From the NCBI GenBank assembly GCA_040285825.1, contig JAUPSS010000005.1:186001-250000 (forward strand): a stretch of DNA of 64,000 bases, read 5' to 3'. Position numbers and translations under genes: made by a program. The number at the start of each line of letters is the position of its first letter. The first letter of the stretch is position 1. This DNA comes from Eukaryota sp. TZLM1-RC. Taxonomy: Eukaryota > Protista > Metamonada: BaSk clade. Shown here piece by piece: positions 46,584-58,729 of the stretch. The notes under the pieces were generated by a model. The model was not told where the DNA came from, ran no database searches, and saw only the letters and a list, made by a program, of their open reading frames with translations.

Positions 46584-47202
46584 ATGGACCTCTCATCTTC
46601 TCATAATTCTACCCCCAATTCACAGGTTCAACAACAACTCCATAACCTTTCTGATTATTTTGATATAGATGATATACTGAAGGAGGACTTTCCTGTGCCT
46701 GTGACTTTCGCAGTTGATATCGATGATTTATTGCCGGAATCCGTGACTGCAAACAAACAAATTGAAATACCTCTCTGGCTCTGTGAAGTCTTGGCATTTA
46801 ACCCGGGATATGGGAAAGTTGTTGTGCCAGAGACCTTCAATTCAAAATTCCTTGAAGCTGCCTTAGCCTCACCTGCTGATGTTGACATGTCCAGGATAGC
46901 CCATTTTTATGATGTGGGTCTACGAGTTGCTCATGTGTTTGTGTTTGCTCGAATTTCTAACCTTTAGATGCCAAGAATCGGAACTTCTAGATGACCTGCT
47001 TCTGATAGCAGTCAATCGATTCAAGGCCCTTATCCCGGAGTTTTTGAGGGATGTTGATAGTTCTTATGTGTCTCCCAACAACAGCAGTGCAATTCTTGCC
47101 CGTCTTTCTGTTTTTGAAAAGAATGTGCTCAAGATTGGTAGGGACACACTCAAAGATCTCAAACAGTGGGCGAAGCACAAGGGTCTGGTTCGTGGTGTGT
47201 AA
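46584..47202 (+). CDS. GINS3: GINS complex subunit Psf3, ~195 aa; intron 46937-46967
   Basis: DYFDIDDIL, IEIPLWL, ALASPADVDM..HFYDVG; a 31-nt GT-AG intron restores the frame. Confidence 0.9.
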
Positions 47203-47887
47203 ATTAGTGTTTTTAAACACTAATATCCTTTATTTAAAATAAGATTCATAAATAAATGACTCTATAAGCTATAACATTTGGATAATCTTGAACAAGATGA
47301 TTCGCTAAAACATTCATTAAACCATCAGACAGTAATCAACAACGCATGTCTTCAAAATCCTTTTAGGTCTTTTCACCTATCAATTCATAAAACGTTGATT
47401 GAAATAATTACCGAAATAATTTAACCATTCAATATGGTCTGCACAGAGATTTTTATTTTTTTACCACACAATGTTTGTCGATCTGACGTGGGAGGAATAA
47501 GTAGAAAGGATGTGTCAACTTGGTTCAAATTTGTTGATCTGCAGCAGTTTAAGGATTGATTGGTTGATTTAATGTAAGCATCCATTGTTGTGTATTAATG
47601 ATTATTTTGGATTCTTGTGGTATTTTGTATCATTTCCAATGACAATTGTGCTCTGTCATAACGTCTTGTCAAAAAATCTTCAGGTACACTGTTTCAGAAA
47701 ATAATGACCAAAACAATGTCTGTTCAACCATAAAAGATTCAAATTTGAGTAAAAAACTTCAAAGGTAATTCTAAAAAACCTTCATTTACTACTAAATCTA
47801 ACCTATAATACAATCAAACCTTCTTCTTAAATAAACCACAACTGATACAAATAGATAGCAAAACAACCAGAACATTCCTAATAAACA

Positions 47888-48451
47888 TTACTTATTGTTT
47901 TTGCCATATTCCTTCTGTCTCTTTCGAACAGAAAACGCTTTTTCGAATGCGACTTTATGGTCATTTTTTGAAGAAAACGTCGACTTTGGCTTTTCCCTAC
48001 CTCCAAACCATTCAGAATCTTCATCCTGAGGTCTTTTGTATGCAGGGAAAAAGTCAAATTGTTCCATTAGTAGATCCAGGGATTCTCGGTACTTATCCAC
48101 CAAATCTACCTGTTGTTGACGAAGATTAGAGACCATATCATCATATTTCTCCTCTAACGGACGGATATGACGTTCAAAACGTTCTACCCACTCTTTCTTC
48201 TGTTTTATTCTACGCTCAACTTGACGTTTTTGACCTTGAAGTAAACCAATTTGGGATTTACGGTCAGCGATACCAGATGATAACAAGGAAATATCAGAAT
48301 CTAATTCACGTAAGCGGCGTTGCATATAATCAAGATTGCTGCCAATACAGGAGGTGTTGTTTCTCATGGAAGAAGCGACTCGTTCATCAGCAAGCCGTTC
48401 ATGAAGTGTTGCAGTTTTGAGAAGAGTATCATCTGTCATTGAATCACTCAT
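47888..48451 (-). CDS. Hypothetical coiled-coil protein (187 aa)
   Basis: ATG-initiated ORF with heptad pattern and a conserved-looking FDFFPAYKRP motif. Confidence 0.7.
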   Translation of the reverse strand: MSDSMTDDTLLKTATLHERLADERVASSMRNNTSCIGSNLDYMQRRLRELDSDISLLSSGIADRKSQIGLLQGQKRQVERRIKQKKEWVERFERHIRPLEEKYDDMVSNLRQQQVDLVDKYRESLDLLMEQFDFFPAYKRPQDEDSEWFGGREKPKSTFSSKNDHKVAFEKAFSVRKRQKEYGKNNK

Positions 48452-48978
48452 CGATAAGTGTTGTAGGAAATGTATTTTGTATTTTTATTGAAATAAGTAT
48501 TGTATTTGGATTTAATCAGATGTCGTGTGATTGACGTTTTAACAGCATTTAGGAATAAAGGACATGATCTTGATCTCCACTGCTGAATTTTTTGATACTC
48601 AAATGAGGGAACAACCAAAAAATTATAACCAATTTAGATGAATTTTGTCAATAGATTGAGGCTAAACATGGAATTCATTCAACCTGATACAATGTTGTGT
48701 TATATGGATTTTTGAAAACAAATATCGTTCTAAAACTTTTCAATCCCTGGATATCTTATTGGAAGTTTGAATCCCTAGCACATCCAATCGAAAATGGGCA
48801 AAATTCTCAGTAGTAATTACTGCTTGTGAGGTTTGTTGCTGCCTATACTGTGATTCGAATAATCGTATCAATCACCAATTTGTCAAAGAAAAATGTCAAG
48901 ACTGTAGGAGAAAACAATAAAATAGACAATATTTACAACTAAAATACATCAAATAAAAATACACTAAACAAAATAAAT

Positions 48979-49509
48979 TCAATACTTGGTCCAGGCTTGG
49001 AATGACTTGTTACCATTCAACCTAAGAGCTTTGGCCAATGGACTCCGACTCTTACAGTTCTTGCTGTAATCACGGGTCTCCTCCAGTGGTTTGGAGGTAG
49101 AAGCTAGGCAGGGTCTATCGGAAAAGCTACTCCACGTTTGACTAAATCCCCCTTCTCCCCCTTTTCTAGACCGACTAACTGAAGGAGAGAAAGAAGTTCG
49201 GAAGAGAGACGATCCAGAGGAAGGGCGAGGCGATGTGAGAGATTGTGGGTGGTGCTTAATTGGTGGTGACGACATAGATCGCACAGTTTTTTCAGCAGCT
49301 ACTAGTGAAGTTGACGAAGGACGATAAATTTTGTTTGTAGATTTAGAAGGTTTTGGAGTAAGACGAGGGCTTATTTTAGGGGGTGAGGTCCAAGGTCTGG
49401 ACTTTGAAGTGGTTTTTGTTTTAGAAGATTGAGAAGGTGATGAAATGACAGAGTCAGGCGGTATATGGTACTTAAGAAGCGTTTGAATTGACAGTAGTGC
49501 TCTGGACAT
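48979..49509 (-). CDS. Hypothetical Ser/Pro-rich basic protein (176 aa)
   Basis: GC-richer ATG ORF typical of host genes here; low complexity. Confidence 0.6.
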   Translation of the reverse strand: MSRALLSIQTLLKYHIPPDSVISSPSQSSKTKTTSKSRPWTSPPKISPRLTPKPSKSTNKIYRPSSTSLVAAEKTVRSMSSPPIKHHPQSLTSPRPSSGSSLFRTSFSPSVSRSRKGGEGGFSQTWSSFSDRPCLASTSKPLEETRDYSKNCKSRSPLAKALRLNGNKSFQAWTKY

Positions 49510-49580
49510 CGGCTGTTTAGCACAAAAATGTCAAATAGTAGTAACACGTTGAGATTACTGGAAGATGAAGATGAAATGAA

Positions 49581-51400
49581 TCAAGATGATCGTCTTTCAT
49601 TTCCTTTAAGATACAGATCCACAACATGAATCATATCAAGAACAGCATTGACATTATGATTCCATAGACATCCACACTTCTTGCAAATGAGTAATCCGTG
49701 TCTAAGGACATTTGGAGTCTTTGCTCTCCTGTAAGGTCTTGGGTTAGGTACTCGATGCTTCTTTATATTTTCGCCTTCTTTCCCCTCGATTACACATGCA
49801 TGACATTTACAATTTGTTCTATATTCGTCCAGCAGCAATAGATGGAAGTTACGTTTTTTAAACATCTTTCGATAACCAACAATCTTTGTAGGTGCTTGAT
49901 GTTTAAAATTGGTTTGATAATAGGAATTCTTCATGATGTAGAGTTTTTTTTGAAAATTGTTTTAATTCTTCTTCCCATTTCTTTACAGTTTTGTTTTGAT
50001 AAATCCATGATTCTTTTGCATCCTTCACAATTTTTGATGGTCTTTGTTCAGAGTTTCACTTCTCCTTCGAGGAGCAGTGAGCCTCTTGAAAGTATATTCC
50101 TTTAGTTTTGCTTTTATGTTTTCATTTGGAGGAGGAGGATCTTGTTTTGTCCCGAAGTCTAGAATCTTTTGTTTTGCCATTTTGTCTATTTTCATTCTGT
50201 TAATAAAACCTCTATTTCTTCCTTTGTTTTCTTCATGACGCTATTCGTCCCATTCTAATCGTGGATCTGTTGGGGTTGAGTGTGGTTCAGTTAACCTGTT
50301 GGAATTTCGGCAATTTCATTTTCGTTTCCCAGCCGTCAATTGGTTCTTAATGCCAGATTCAAATACTGTGTGACGGTATTTATCAGCTCATCTTGTGGAA
50401 TTTCAGTCAAGTACGGATCTTTTTCACTTTTTCTGGCTTCTTAAGACGACCCTACCCATCTTTATCTTTTCTTATAAGGCAACTTACACCATCAGCCCTG
50501 ATAGAAAAATTACAACAGTAATCTTTCTGTTGAAACGCCCTTTTAACTGTTCGAAATATCCATTTCCAATATTGATGTTGGAATTTTTCAATATCTCCAT
50601 CAAGAAGAGTTTCACAGTTTCTCGGGTAATTCGATTCATCAGGGATCAAAATTCTATAATTTGCCTGTGTGTCCCAGAAAGCATGCCCAGCTATTTTTTA
50701 GGTTAGAAGTGGAAATAAATTATACTTAATTGGTTGTGATTTTGGCAAGTTCAAATGACGATTTGCCTTCTATAAGCAAAAACAAAGTTTAAAACATTTC
50801 AAAGGCTCATCCATTAAAATATTATTTAATCTTTTGCTCTACCACAAATTCACGGGGTACTTTGGGTAAATGTAGATTGTCAAACAAATATAAGGTTCTT
50901 GCCAACAATAACTGTTTCAAAACATCAATAATCTCGGATTGATCTGGTTAAATTGTTTTTAGCTGATATAATATATCAATTAAATCAAATAAAACTATGA
51001 ACAATAATGGAATCCATGTCAAAGAAGTTGAAAAAACGTTTCGATAGCGGTTGCAAAGTTACATAAAATTTCGTTCAGCTGTGTTCAGAAATAGAGGTCG
51101 AGAAATTTATTCAATAATTCTTTGAGAATCGTCCAGTAGTTGGAAAATTATATTTTATTCAGTGGTGTTCAATGTGAAGGCCTTGAAAAAACTTTGGCCA
51201 TGTCTTAGAAGTTGGTGGTGGGTGACAACGTAATCATAAAGAATTCGTTTTATTATTTTATTATTGTGTAACTAGCCTTGCTGAAATTTCAAAAGGAAAT
51301 GATTCAACCAAAAATATAGATTTTGACAAAAACAATTCAAAACTCTGATATTTCGTACTTTGCAATGTAAGTCTACTGTCTCAATATTCTTCCATCGGTG
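49581..51400 (-). pseudogene. Fanzor (eukaryotic TnpB) remnant; 5' boundary approximate
   Basis: YWKWIFRTVKRAFQQKDYCCNFSIRADGVSC, NFKHQAPT, LLDEYRTNCKCHAC, NPRPYR, HGLLICKKCGCLWNHNVNAVLDM. Confidence 0.85.
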
Positions 51401-52522
51401 ACGTTAACTCACAAATCAGAACTGTCTTCCTTCTTGTTGCATCTGTTTTTTTATATCACAAGAATTAGAACAGGTCTTAACTCAGTCAGAACCAATGGAA
51501 AATTTACATAATGATACGTGTGATTAGGTAAATCGCAGTAAACATCGTAATGATCTAGAAAAGGAAGTAAGAGGTTAACAAAATTATTTAAAATCGAATC
51601 ATGTCACCATTTAGGTCCTTTGTATACTTTACATATTTGATAACCTGAACAACTGCAAAAATGTGACACAAGGTAGCAGTTAATGCTGTGTTCTATGTTA
51701 TTGTTAAAAAGAAGTCTCTTCAACCCCGCTTTTTTGGTCTTAAGGGTATTATACTGTCCATGTTGCAACGCATATATGATTGCTGAATATCATTTAAGTG
51801 TCTAAGTACTTCGTTCAGTACTTTGCTCATACTCACTGACTAAGTAAACAAGGTAAGTAACCGGCTTGTCTCAATACTTTTCTTATACTTGTACCTTTAG
51901 ATAGATACCTACCTTTCCTTTTAAATCCAGACTCTTTACTCAATCGCCAATCACTTTAATGTGGTCACCAGGTTCACTAAACTTTTGTTTAGAATCAACA
52001 TCGTGTCACCTTTTTGTTGGCCATTGTGTTGAAAAAACCTTTCTTTTCGATATTTTTTTTGGTTAAATAAATTCCAAGATTTCATTCTAAAAATTTCTGT
52101 TGCAGTATTATCCTCCTTAATTAATTATTATCCTCTCAATTGGGTGATGATTTGGTTGCTGGTTGCTGGCTTATTTCTCAGTTCATGATAACGAAAAACA
52201 AAATAACAAACTTCTAAGTCTAATTCTTCATACCCCAAATCAGCCAAAAAGAAATTGACTGAAAGATGACATCTTTACACTCAACATTAAAGCTTCAACT
52301 GCAAAATTTTTGTTTTGTCCAAATCAGAGCTCCCATCCATCAAAGACTGCTATGTACTCTCACTGGGAAGCAATGAAACTAGTAGTTAGGTACTATTGAT
52401 TTTATATCGACATAAAGACCGTTTTGTATGTAAATTGTTCCCAACGATCCTCTTTTAAGCAAAATGAATAAATTATGATCCAACAGCAAAAAGGAGGAAA
52501 TTTATGTTTATATAATCTCTCA

Positions 52523-53732
52523 ATGTTCACAATAGAGAGCCTTCTCCCATCTTTACTCTATGTGACTCTCTTTGCTCACTCTAACAATGTTTTCTTCCTG
52601 AAGTGTGCCATGGGCAGTACCTTCTCCCTTCTAGCACATCTCCTTTCTGACAGATTCAAAGGACCAAGGTTCTCTGCACGTGTCTCTCTTGCATTTTCCT
52701 CTGTTCTCTCTTTTATCCTTTCTTCTTTCACTCCTCTTCCCCTCAGTCTTGTCTTACGTTCTTTTCACAACTCTTTCAGCTGCTCCGAAGCCTTCATCAT
52801 CAGCAATGCTTTACTTTCCTTTGTCAGTTTTAATTTATTTTATAATTTTGGTAATTCTCTTTTGTTTCAGATCTGTGTTTCTTTTGTTATTTTTTCTTGT
52901 ATTTACCTTATTTACGTAAAGTTTTTTTCAACTGCTTTTTATGGAAAAATCCAACTACTTCGAATAATATGGTTTTTTCTAACAATTACTCCCTTTCTAA
53001 GTAATTTATTTCTCAATCAATTTGTTAGTTTTGCTTATTTTTATTAGCAAATCCACTAATTGTTGTTCTTTGGACTTGTTTATCTCTTTTAATTCTTTTT
53101 CTAATAATTAATAATTTTTTAATTAAGGCAAAACCTTCTTTAATTAGAAAATTATTCCATTTTGTATTAGTTGCTGTCTATTTTTCGGTCTTTAATAGTC
53201 CTTTTTTTGACCTTTTCTTTTGAACTTTTTACTATTTGTTTTTTATTTTGTGGAAATTTTATTCATCATATTCCCAAATGTCCATTATATTAGCCCAAAT
53301 TATTTCAAATTTTTAACCAAGGTCAAAGATCAAAAAGATTGTGGAATTTTGACCTTATCTCACGTTTACCTCTGTCTTTCTTTTCTTTTTCCAATTTATT
53401 GTTCTTATTTTTTTATTAATCCCCAAGTTCGGTTATTTGTTCGGTCTATTGGAGTAATTTCTATCGGAATTGGTGATTCTTTTGCTGCTATCATCGGCTG
53501 TTTTGGTAGAATTAAGATTACACATAACAGAACCATTGAAGGGTTTTTTGGGTTTGTTATATCCACTTTGTTGGGTTTGTGTTTTTGTAATTTTACATGT
53601 AATTCTGATTTTTCTTTGATATTTTTATTTTTATTTTCTTTATTTTTGGGAATTGTGGAACTCATTTGCATAAGTAATGATAATTTAATTGTACCATTAT
53701 GTGGAGTTATCGTTTTATTATTCAAAACTTAA
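52523..53732 (+). CDS. DOLK: Dolichol kinase (Sec59/DOLK); frameshifts in T-runs near 53040 and possibly 53210
   Basis: IRKLFH, KDQKDCGILTLSHVYL, IGIGDSFAAIIG..RTIEG and NDNL CTP-transferase motifs. Confidence 0.85.
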
Positions 53733-53973
53733 TCTTTTATTAATGAGATGTTTTTATTAAAGTTTAATCAAATTTTGATGCTGTTAAAGAGATTATTCCT
53801 TTATTTACACTTTTAATTATTTCCAACTAGGAATTTTTCCATTAAAATTTTAAAATTTTCAATTTTATCTGGTGTCCTTATAACCAATTCTCTCGAAATT
53901 TTCGAAAGCAAAAATTTCCTTATTTTTGATTTAATTTCAGCAGTCAAACAAAACAATGGGAAATTTGAATTAT

Positions 53974-55194
53974 TTAGGGTCGAAATTTTGGATTTTGAAA
54001 AAAGAGATCACCGCACGTGTTCAGCAAACATTTTTCAAATATTTGTAATGATTTTATGATATTGTTCAATAAACTGTTTACTTCAAGTGTTGAATCCATC
54101 AAATTATCAATCAAAAATGATTGCAAATATAATAAAACACTATACCAAACGCAAAAACCTGTTAAATTTTTAATATTTGACCTTTTCAAAAATGGACAGT
54201 GTCGGGGATCAAAAATATAGGTCAAAACTGGTAAATCTTGAACAGAAAGTGATTGAGAATCATGTGGTAAAAGTTCGACAATCAACTTGATGGTAAAACA
54301 AGGATAACTGTTGCCATAATTAGAAACATCAACGAGAGAATCAATCGATTGACATTGGTGAGTCATCAGGAATCTTGCAGAAACAATTTGATTGGAAATC
54401 AATAGAGATTGATTGATTAATGAATTGCTAACTGAGTCGGCAATATCTGAACCTAAATGTTCTGTGATAAAGTCAAGAAAATTCCTGAATTTTTGACTTA
54501 ATGGCTGGACTGATGAAGACTCTTTGTCGATGATGATAGAATTTGATTGAAATTCTACAGGATTTTGTAATAAAAGCTTGCCAAATTCCACAAGAGAGTG
54601 AGTAATTTCATATTTGAATTTGGAAATTTCATAATAGCTAGATAATAAAGAATATTTTTCAAAAAACGAATCAGCAATACAAACACTTAAGCAATCAAAA
54701 TTCCAATCAAAATTGATTGAACTTCGAACTTGGGTGATTAACAGCTCACAATGTTGACGTGAGAGTGTCAAAAATCTATCTTTTAGAACCTTTGCCTCTG
54801 GAAGGTCTACCTTTTCTACAAGAGGAAGCACTTCTGATGCTTTTGGAAGGTTAAGTTCAGGATTGTCCAATATTCTAGAAAAGTCAATAAGAATATTGAG
54901 CTTGTCTATGTGTTCTTGAGTATTCTGCTTCTCAGAAACTCCATTTGCATCTAAAGAGAGGGTCTTGTCTAGTTTATCCAAACAAGACTTCATATTGTTG
55001 ATGAGATTATGGCCTTGAGTAGCGAGACTGTTTGCTGTGCTACATGCTTCATGAGCCTGACTGAGAAGTGAAGAATCAGTAGAAGTTGAAGGGGAATCAG
55101 AGGTTGAAGAAAGGATTGAAGAAATAGAAGCTTCTAACAGAGATTCATTCAGTAAGTCATCAATGGTATGAAAATCCTTCAAAGCGGCAATCAT
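53974..55194 (-). CDS. Hypothetical helical protein; probably extends to ~53815 via a homopolymer frameshift
   Basis: 406-aa ORF; no family recognised. Confidence 0.65.
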   Translation of the reverse strand: MIAALKDFHTIDDLLNESLLEASISSILSSTSDSPSTSTDSSLLSQAHEACSTANSLATQGHNLINNMKSCLDKLDKTLSLDANGVSEKQNTQEHIDKLNILIDFSRILDNPELNLPKASEVLPLVEKVDLPEAKVLKDRFLTLSRQHCELLITQVRSSINFDWNFDCLSVCIADSFFEKYSLLSSYYEISKFKYEITHSLVEFGKLLLQNPVEFQSNSIIIDKESSSVQPLSQKFRNFLDFITEHLGSDIADSVSNSLINQSLLISNQIVSARFLMTHQCQSIDSLVDVSNYGNSYPCFTIKLIVELLPHDSQSLSVQDLPVLTYIFDPRHCPFLKRSNIKNLTGFCVWYSVLLYLQSFLIDNLMDSTLEVNSLLNNIIKSLQIFEKCLLNTCGDLFFQNPKFRP

Positions 55195-55514
55195 GGAGAC
55201 TCAATTGGAGCGGAATGAATGAAGTTGTCCTTTGATTATTTAAATTTTAAGGTTGAACAAAAAAAGGTTGAACAATTGAATCCCTTTTTTGGCGACTCAC
55301 ATTTTCTGAGAAAAATGTTTTTGTTTGATAGTTTTCGTTGCATGAAATGGTCCAAACAAGCTTTATAATGTCAGTACATCAGTCAGTGGCACTGTTCAAA
55401 ATTGATGTTGTGTTTGAAGAGACGAAATTAAAAACACAATGATATGGTAACTTCATAAAACAAAAATCTGCATTCATAAAATATATTTTGAAAAGTAAAA
55501 ATTGAACACATTTG

Positions 55515-58420
55515 TATTTATTGAACATGCACATTTAATTAAATTAACTCATAACAAATGGGACGACTATCATTGAACCAAGATTTCCTCTACAAAATCT
55601 TGATCTGCTTGCTGTCTAGCTAAAGCTTCTCTTATTCGATTGAAAAACCGAGGTAATCTATTAATAATGGCAAATTGAATCCGTGAACGCCATAAAAAAA
55701 TATCAAATCTTTTCATTGTTTTTTCTTGAACCATTTTTTGGAATTCATTCAAAAAAGTTCCTACTTCCTCTGATAATCTTCCCTTTATCGAAAATGGGAA
55801 AGCAATAAAAACCAGCTGTGTATTTCTATCAGCATTAGCCTCTTCAATATCTTTATCATATTTTCTATGTTTCTCTTTTGCTTTAAAATCAAGAGCAGTC
55901 ACAGGATTAAGTTTTCTTCTGTGAACCAAAGTATCATTTGCAACATTACATGAGACAAAGTCAACAATAGCTTTAGAATTATCAATCCAATCACAGTATA
56001 CATCACCTCTATCATCAGAACCAAAATTACTAAGAGAAAGTGTTTCCTTCAGCAGGGGCTCTTTGATACACGATATTCTTGCCGTTTGTGCCATATTGAA
56101 AACAGTGTCTCTAACAGCATCATGTAATGAAGAACGATAAGTTATCAATTTAGAGCAATTGAAAGCATGGCGCAAAGTGAGTTGAGGTGAATTCGTTCAA
56201 ATACATTGTTCTTTTGACAATAATTGATTAATGGGGATATTCAAATCTAATCTCATTTTTGTTACAAACGCTTCATTAGTAGCACACAGTCCAAATCTTC
56301 GTGGTACAATGGTTACAAACAGTGAAGAATCTGATGACTTGTTTTCACAAACACCCTTTTCCAATAACAATGAGTGAAGATCTTGATTTATAACAGCCGA
56401 GCTGCATATATTATTATAAAGATCATTTTCATACATTCCAGTCAATCGTTTCTGTAATGTTCGAAGATTGTATTTTAAATTTAAAACATTCTTTTCCGGA
56501 ATAATACCATTGAATGATTTGGGAAAACATCGACCTCATTTTTCTGCATCAATTCTTGAAATTTCTTCATTTAATGCAAAAACAGTGGAACTTTGCGTTG
56601 TCATCAATAAATCTTCCCAATCTGCAAATCTTTCGGCAAACTCAAAGATGGCATTTCTGTATCCACCAACAAAAGCACACGAGGTAAGAATAGAAGCCTT
56701 CGTCCACCCTAAACCGCCATAATGTGGACTAAGGTAAGCATGTTCTGGAATTTGGAACATTTTACATCCCAGTAATTGTGACAGAACTTTTGCACGTAAT
56801 TCATTAAACTTCTGAGCCAAAGGCCTAAAGACAAGAGGATTTGTAGATCGAAATATATGATTGAAATTGGAACTAAAACACAGTCTTATAATGGTAAACT
56901 TGATGTGTTTTTGTATATCTAAATTCATCATTCGGTCAATTTTGTCGGAAATTGAGTTCAACTTTTCAAACAATTTTTTGGTAATTTCATCATTATTTCC
57001 TAAAAACGAACCCAAATGACGAATAGCATCAATTGAATATAATTTGGTTTGAATTTCAACACCATCAACTATGGTGGAAACTGGAGAATTCGATAACAAA
57101 ACACATTTAAGTAAATTAAGTCGGAGACCAATTTTGGTAAATAATTCTTTAAAACATACAGTTGCTTTTTTCACAATATTTAAATCACCAATAAGAACAA
57201 CATCATCCATATATGCAATCATTTTAGCGAAGGAAACATCTGTTGAATTTGCAATAAAATAGGATGAATGGCCAAACAAAACAAAAGAGGTCCTAACAAA
57301 TCTCCTTGCTTTACACCACTTAATGAACTCTAAATGCAATTACCAAAATGTAAATTAGAATTTGTGCTATATGTTGATTGAAAATTCGGCATTAATTCCG
57401 GCATATATTGCAATAAAGCACCATGGATACTGCGACGACTGAGTGAATTGAATGCATTACTAAAATCCAATGACATACAAACATTGGATTCATTTTGGCG
57501 AAATAATACATCAGTAGCAAATATCGCTGAAGAGACTCCATCAGTGGCATTAATTCCATATTGAAAGGGTAAAAAATCTTTTTTGCTTTCTCATTGAAGC
57601 TGCTTAAGCAACATGCAGAACAAATATTTTGTAAGCTCTCAGAGACTGCAATAGGACGAACATCCATTTTTGAATTTTTGACAAGTGCAGTCAAACGAGA
57701 ACTTCTCAATGCTTCTGGATATTTGAGTTGACCAGTCAATATTTTGTTAAAAAATTTGGTTAATAAACCAAGACATTCCTCTGAAGAAATAATTGCGGCT
57801 TTTACATGATCAATAGCAATACCAGAAAGTCCGGCAGACTTACCGCGTGGTCTCTTTTTTATCACCGAAAATACTTCCGATGCCATTAATGAATAATTTT
57901 CCCAGTATGTGCCGTAAAAATTTTGATCCATTATAGGGTCTTCCAAAGGATGAAATATTTTTAGTTTATCCATTGTATTTTGAATGTTGGGCGCTTTAAC
58001 TCCGGGACTTAAAGCTGACAAAGGCCTGGACCATTTGCTGTCAAAGCATTTGTCTTCAAAAATTTTACTTAATTTCTGAGATGACTGTTTTCTCGGTGCT
58101 ATATTAGTTAAATCTTCGGAATTAATTACGAAATTTTGGTCAATAGGAGGACAAACCGAACCAAAAAGTTCCCACAGAATATTGATAGCATACTTTCCTT
58201 TACATAATTGATCCAAAAATCTTTTAAAAACGAAAGCAAATTCATTGCATTTGAACACATTGAACTATTTCACCAACAAGTTTGAACAATTTTGGCAGTT
58301 TTGTTCTTCAATGAATTGGTAATACTATTAGGGCAATATAGAGCTGATATAAAGCTATATCATAATTGGTACATTGTCGAAATTACCGCTTGATTTCCTT
58401 TGCATCATTGAGAGCAAATT
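55515..58420 (-). mobile_element. Longest copy of CRE-like non-LTR retrotransposon family A (decayed)
   Basis: RGKSAGLSG, SRLTALVK..VRPIAVSE, LDFSNAFNS, IAYMDDV, RLE domain; ends at CAATAAATA. Confidence 0.93.
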
Positions 58421-58729
58421 TGAGTTTATACACTGAGCAAAGACGTAATATTCCACCAAACACAATGATGTGGTTGATATCAAATCATTTTAATATCAAA
58501 GAGCAAATTATTGACCTCTTCATTTCATTATTGTAACACTTTCATGCGGTGCCTTGAATGCCATTTCTGTAGTATTTGTAACAATTGAAGTCCACTGATG
58601 CTATCTTTGAATGGGAAGTAATTCCTGAAACTTATAAGTGTCAATATCTGCAAAGAAACAAATACAAAATTTACAAAAATATATTTTTTAAGGGCACCTA
58701 TTTCATTGTTGTGGACAATATCTGTAACA

